From the NCBI RefSeq assembly GCF_009914755.1, contig NC_060946.1: DNA of 64,000 nucleotides. One strand, given 5' to 3'. The DNA comes from the human T2T-CHM13v2.0 reference genome, Homo sapiens. Position numbers and translations under genes: made by a program. Under the pieces are notes generated by a model that was given only the letters and a program-made list of their open reading frames with translations, ran no database searches and was not told the DNA's origin. Each line of letters starts with the position of its first letter. Positions within the stretch are counted from its first letter, which is position 1. This document shows, piece after piece, positions 59,440 through 64,000 of this stretch.

Positions 59440-59808
59440 CTGCAACAAGAGACAGGGTTATGGTTGTGGAATTCTAGAGGCTCACTCCAGGCATCTGGAG
59501 AGACAACGGCCCTGCCCCACCCTCCAGGCCAGCTTTGTCTCCTGTTACCCAGAGGGCCTTGTTCTTGACCCGGGGAGCCACAATGGCTGAGATATCCGGA
59601 GACCCAGGAACACTGGACACAGGCTCCTTGATTCCCTGGGCATGCCCCTTGGTGGGCCTTGGGGCCCTTTTCCTGTTGTTCCAGAAAAGTCATTGAGACA
59701 GCAGACCCTCAGAATCTGTCAGAATCATAAGGCTGAGAATTGTTTAAATCAGCAGATCACAAACATTTTGGCCTCAGGAGCCCTTAATACTCTTTAATCT
59801 TTACTTAA

Positions 59809-59934
<126 letters not shown>

Positions 59935-61106
59935 TGAGTAGCTGAGATTACAGGCACCCACCACCACGCCTGGCTAATTTTTGTATTTTAGTAGAGATGG
60001 GGTTTCACCATGTTGGTCAGGCTGGTCTCGAACTCCTTACCTCAAATGATCCGCCTGCCTCACCCCCCAGAATGCTGGGATTAAAGGTGTGAGCCACTGT
60101 GCCCAGCCCCCTTAATACTCTTTAAAAAAATCACCAAACTCATCTGGGAACTATGGCTCATGCCTATAATCCCAGCATTTTTGGAGGCCAAGGTGGGCAG
60201 ATCACCTGAGGTCAGGAGTTCGAGACCAGCCTGGACAACATGGTGAAATCTCGTCTGTACTAAAAGTACAAAAATTAGCTGGGCATGGTGGTGGGCACCT
60301 GTAATCCCAGCTACTTGGGAGGCTGAGGCAGGAGAATCACTTGAACCCAGGAGGTGGAGGTTGCAGTGACATTGCTTGAGCCTAGGGGTTCGAGACCAGC
60401 CTAGGCAACATAGTGAGACTCTGTCCCTATAAAAAGAAAAAAAAAAAAGAAAAGAAAAATTATATATAAGTTTGCCTAATGGCCATGGTGAGATTATGGG
60501 TGATTTATAGAAATATCATTTTGTTTTTCTTTTTCTATACCTTCCAGATTTTCCATGATAAATGGGCTCTGATTTCATAATCAGAAAAACACCCAGTGGA
60601 TGTTATAAACAAATGGGAGTGAGGTCCTAGCGGCCCCAGCAGGCTGTCAAAGCAGTCCTCTGCCCTGAGCCCAGCCTTAGCTGGGCTGTCACCCAGCTTT
60701 CTAAGAGTCAGCCTGGTCCATTGGCTCACTGGCTTTGCAGCAGCACTTCTGCTGAGAGCCTCTGGCTGGTGAGAACCAAGTGGTTTCACTTGGTCCCCAG
60801 GGCCTTGGGGAGTAGTTCTCACATTGATTTCATCTGGGCATCATAACAACCATGAAAGCTGCCAGTGGCGGGGAGAGAGTCTTGTTCCCTATAAACAGAT
60901 GAGGAAACTGAGGGCCCAACAGAAGGGGGCCATAGGCCCCAGGTCTCATGCTGCTAGTAAGAGGCAGAGCGGGGACTAGACGCCTGTCTTTGGAACTCCA
61001 ATCGGGACTCTTTTTTGATTTGGTGGCAGTTTAAAGACATTCTAGTTAGAAGAAATGGTACTGAGCAAAGATGAGCTAGGAAACCCTGTTGGCTACTATG
61101 TCATAG

Positions 61107-61340
<234 letters not shown>

Positions 61341-62083
61341 TAGTCTCAAACTCCTGGGCTCAAGTCATTCTCCCACAGCCTCCTGAGTGGCTGGAACCAC
61401 AGGTGTGCCACCAGGTCTGGCTAAGTTTTAAAATTTTTTTTGTAGAGATGAGGTCTCCCTATGTTGCCCAGGCTGGTCTCAAATTCCTGGACTCAATCAA
61501 TCCTCCTTCCTCGGCCTCCAAAAGTGTTGGGATTACAGGTGTGAGACCCCTAGCCCAGCCTTGTCATAAGTTACATAAAGTACACACCAGGCTCAGAGGC
61601 AAGTTGCCATCACAGGTTTTACAAAGGCTATTCATCACAGATTAAGTATTCTGGGCTCAACATTCAGGGATGTGAATTCCTGTGTACTCTGCAATAGTAG
61701 GAGCAGGTGTGATGATCAACATGGTTTCATAGTGGTTTTCTTACTGCAGCTGAAACCGACTCCAGCCCTACCGCCCACCCCCTACGAACCCCCCAGGGAA
61801 GGAGTCTTAAGTGTAGGAGTTGCAGCCACATTTTCAGGGCCACTGAGAATCCTGTCTGTGCATTCAGATTCCTGGGATTCTGACATTTATCTCAAGAGCA
61901 AACCTCTTCCCTAACCTGGTCCCCAAACTCTTTTTATGAGAAGATGTTAAGCAATTGGCCTCTAATGTCAGACTGACCTGACTTTGTCACCTGCTAGCAT
62001 AGCGACCTTGGTCAAGTGGTTTAACCTTTGTAAGCCACAGCTTCCTCCAATGCAAAAACAAAGCTAACAATAATACCTACCTA

Positions 62084-62418
<335 letters not shown>

Positions 62419-62580
62419 TCAAAAAAAAAAAAAAAAAAAAAGGAAATAATACATAAAAACTGCTGTACCCAGTGCCTGGTACAGAATAAGTGCTCAAAAT
62501 ATGAAAGTATTTCCACTCCTTGTACTAGCCACCTCCAAGATGACCATCAGTGATCCTCACCTAGTATTCACTCCCTGCTC

Positions 62581-63517
<937 letters not shown>

Positions 63518-63618
63518 TCATCTGAGGTCGGGAGTTTGAGACCAGCCTGGCTAACATGAGGAAACCCTGTCTGCTAAAAATACAAAAATTAGCTGGGCAT
63601 GGTGGCACATGAATCCTA

Positions 63619-63789
<171 letters not shown>

Positions 63790-64000
63790 TCAGAAAGCTT
63801 CACTGTAAGATACCACCACTTCCTCCCTGCTCACTGGGATCACTTATGGCGGGAAGCCAACTGCCATGTTGTGAGGATGCTTGAGCAGGCCCTGTGAGGA
63901 AGAACTGAAGCCTCCTGCCAACAGCGAGCACAGACTTGCCAACTATGTTTGACACCTTGGAAGCAGATCCTCCTGTCCCAATCAAACCTTCAGATGACTG

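Overview
Human genomic DNA (it contains an AluYa5 with all five diagnostic bases), recognisable from the encoded proteins as part of the SEC14L gene cluster (chr22q12.2, from memory). It is very Alu-dense. On the minus strand it holds: (1) a processed syndecan-4 pseudogene (SDC4P) that appears to be a near full-length mRNA retrocopy, stretched over ~1340-7372 by later Alu and LTR insertions; (2) the complete 12-exon SEC14L4 gene (CDS 31016->15517, 1221 nt, 406 aa, CRAL-TRIO + GOLD lipid-binding protein) with a CpG-island promoter; (3) exons 3-12 of SEC14L6 (59439->50399), whose exons 1-2 were not found in the window. I see no wholly new biological system. The most notable observations are: a sharply bounded ~650-bp near-identical tract, introns included, shared by SEC14L4 and SEC14L6 (gene conversion, and a possible NAHR substrate for an in-frame fusion gene); a decayed extra copy of exon 10 inside SEC14L4 intron 11; a duplicated last-exon acceptor giving an alternative C-terminus; a candidate distal poly(A) site that would put inverted Alus into the SEC14L4 3'UTR; two locally templated insertions inside SDC4P; loss of two conserved aspartates in SEC14L6; a strong CTCF motif; a solo LTR12F; and a young AluYa5. 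Repeat family names are from memory and need RepeatMasker/Dfam confirmation. Repeat boundaries are approximate.
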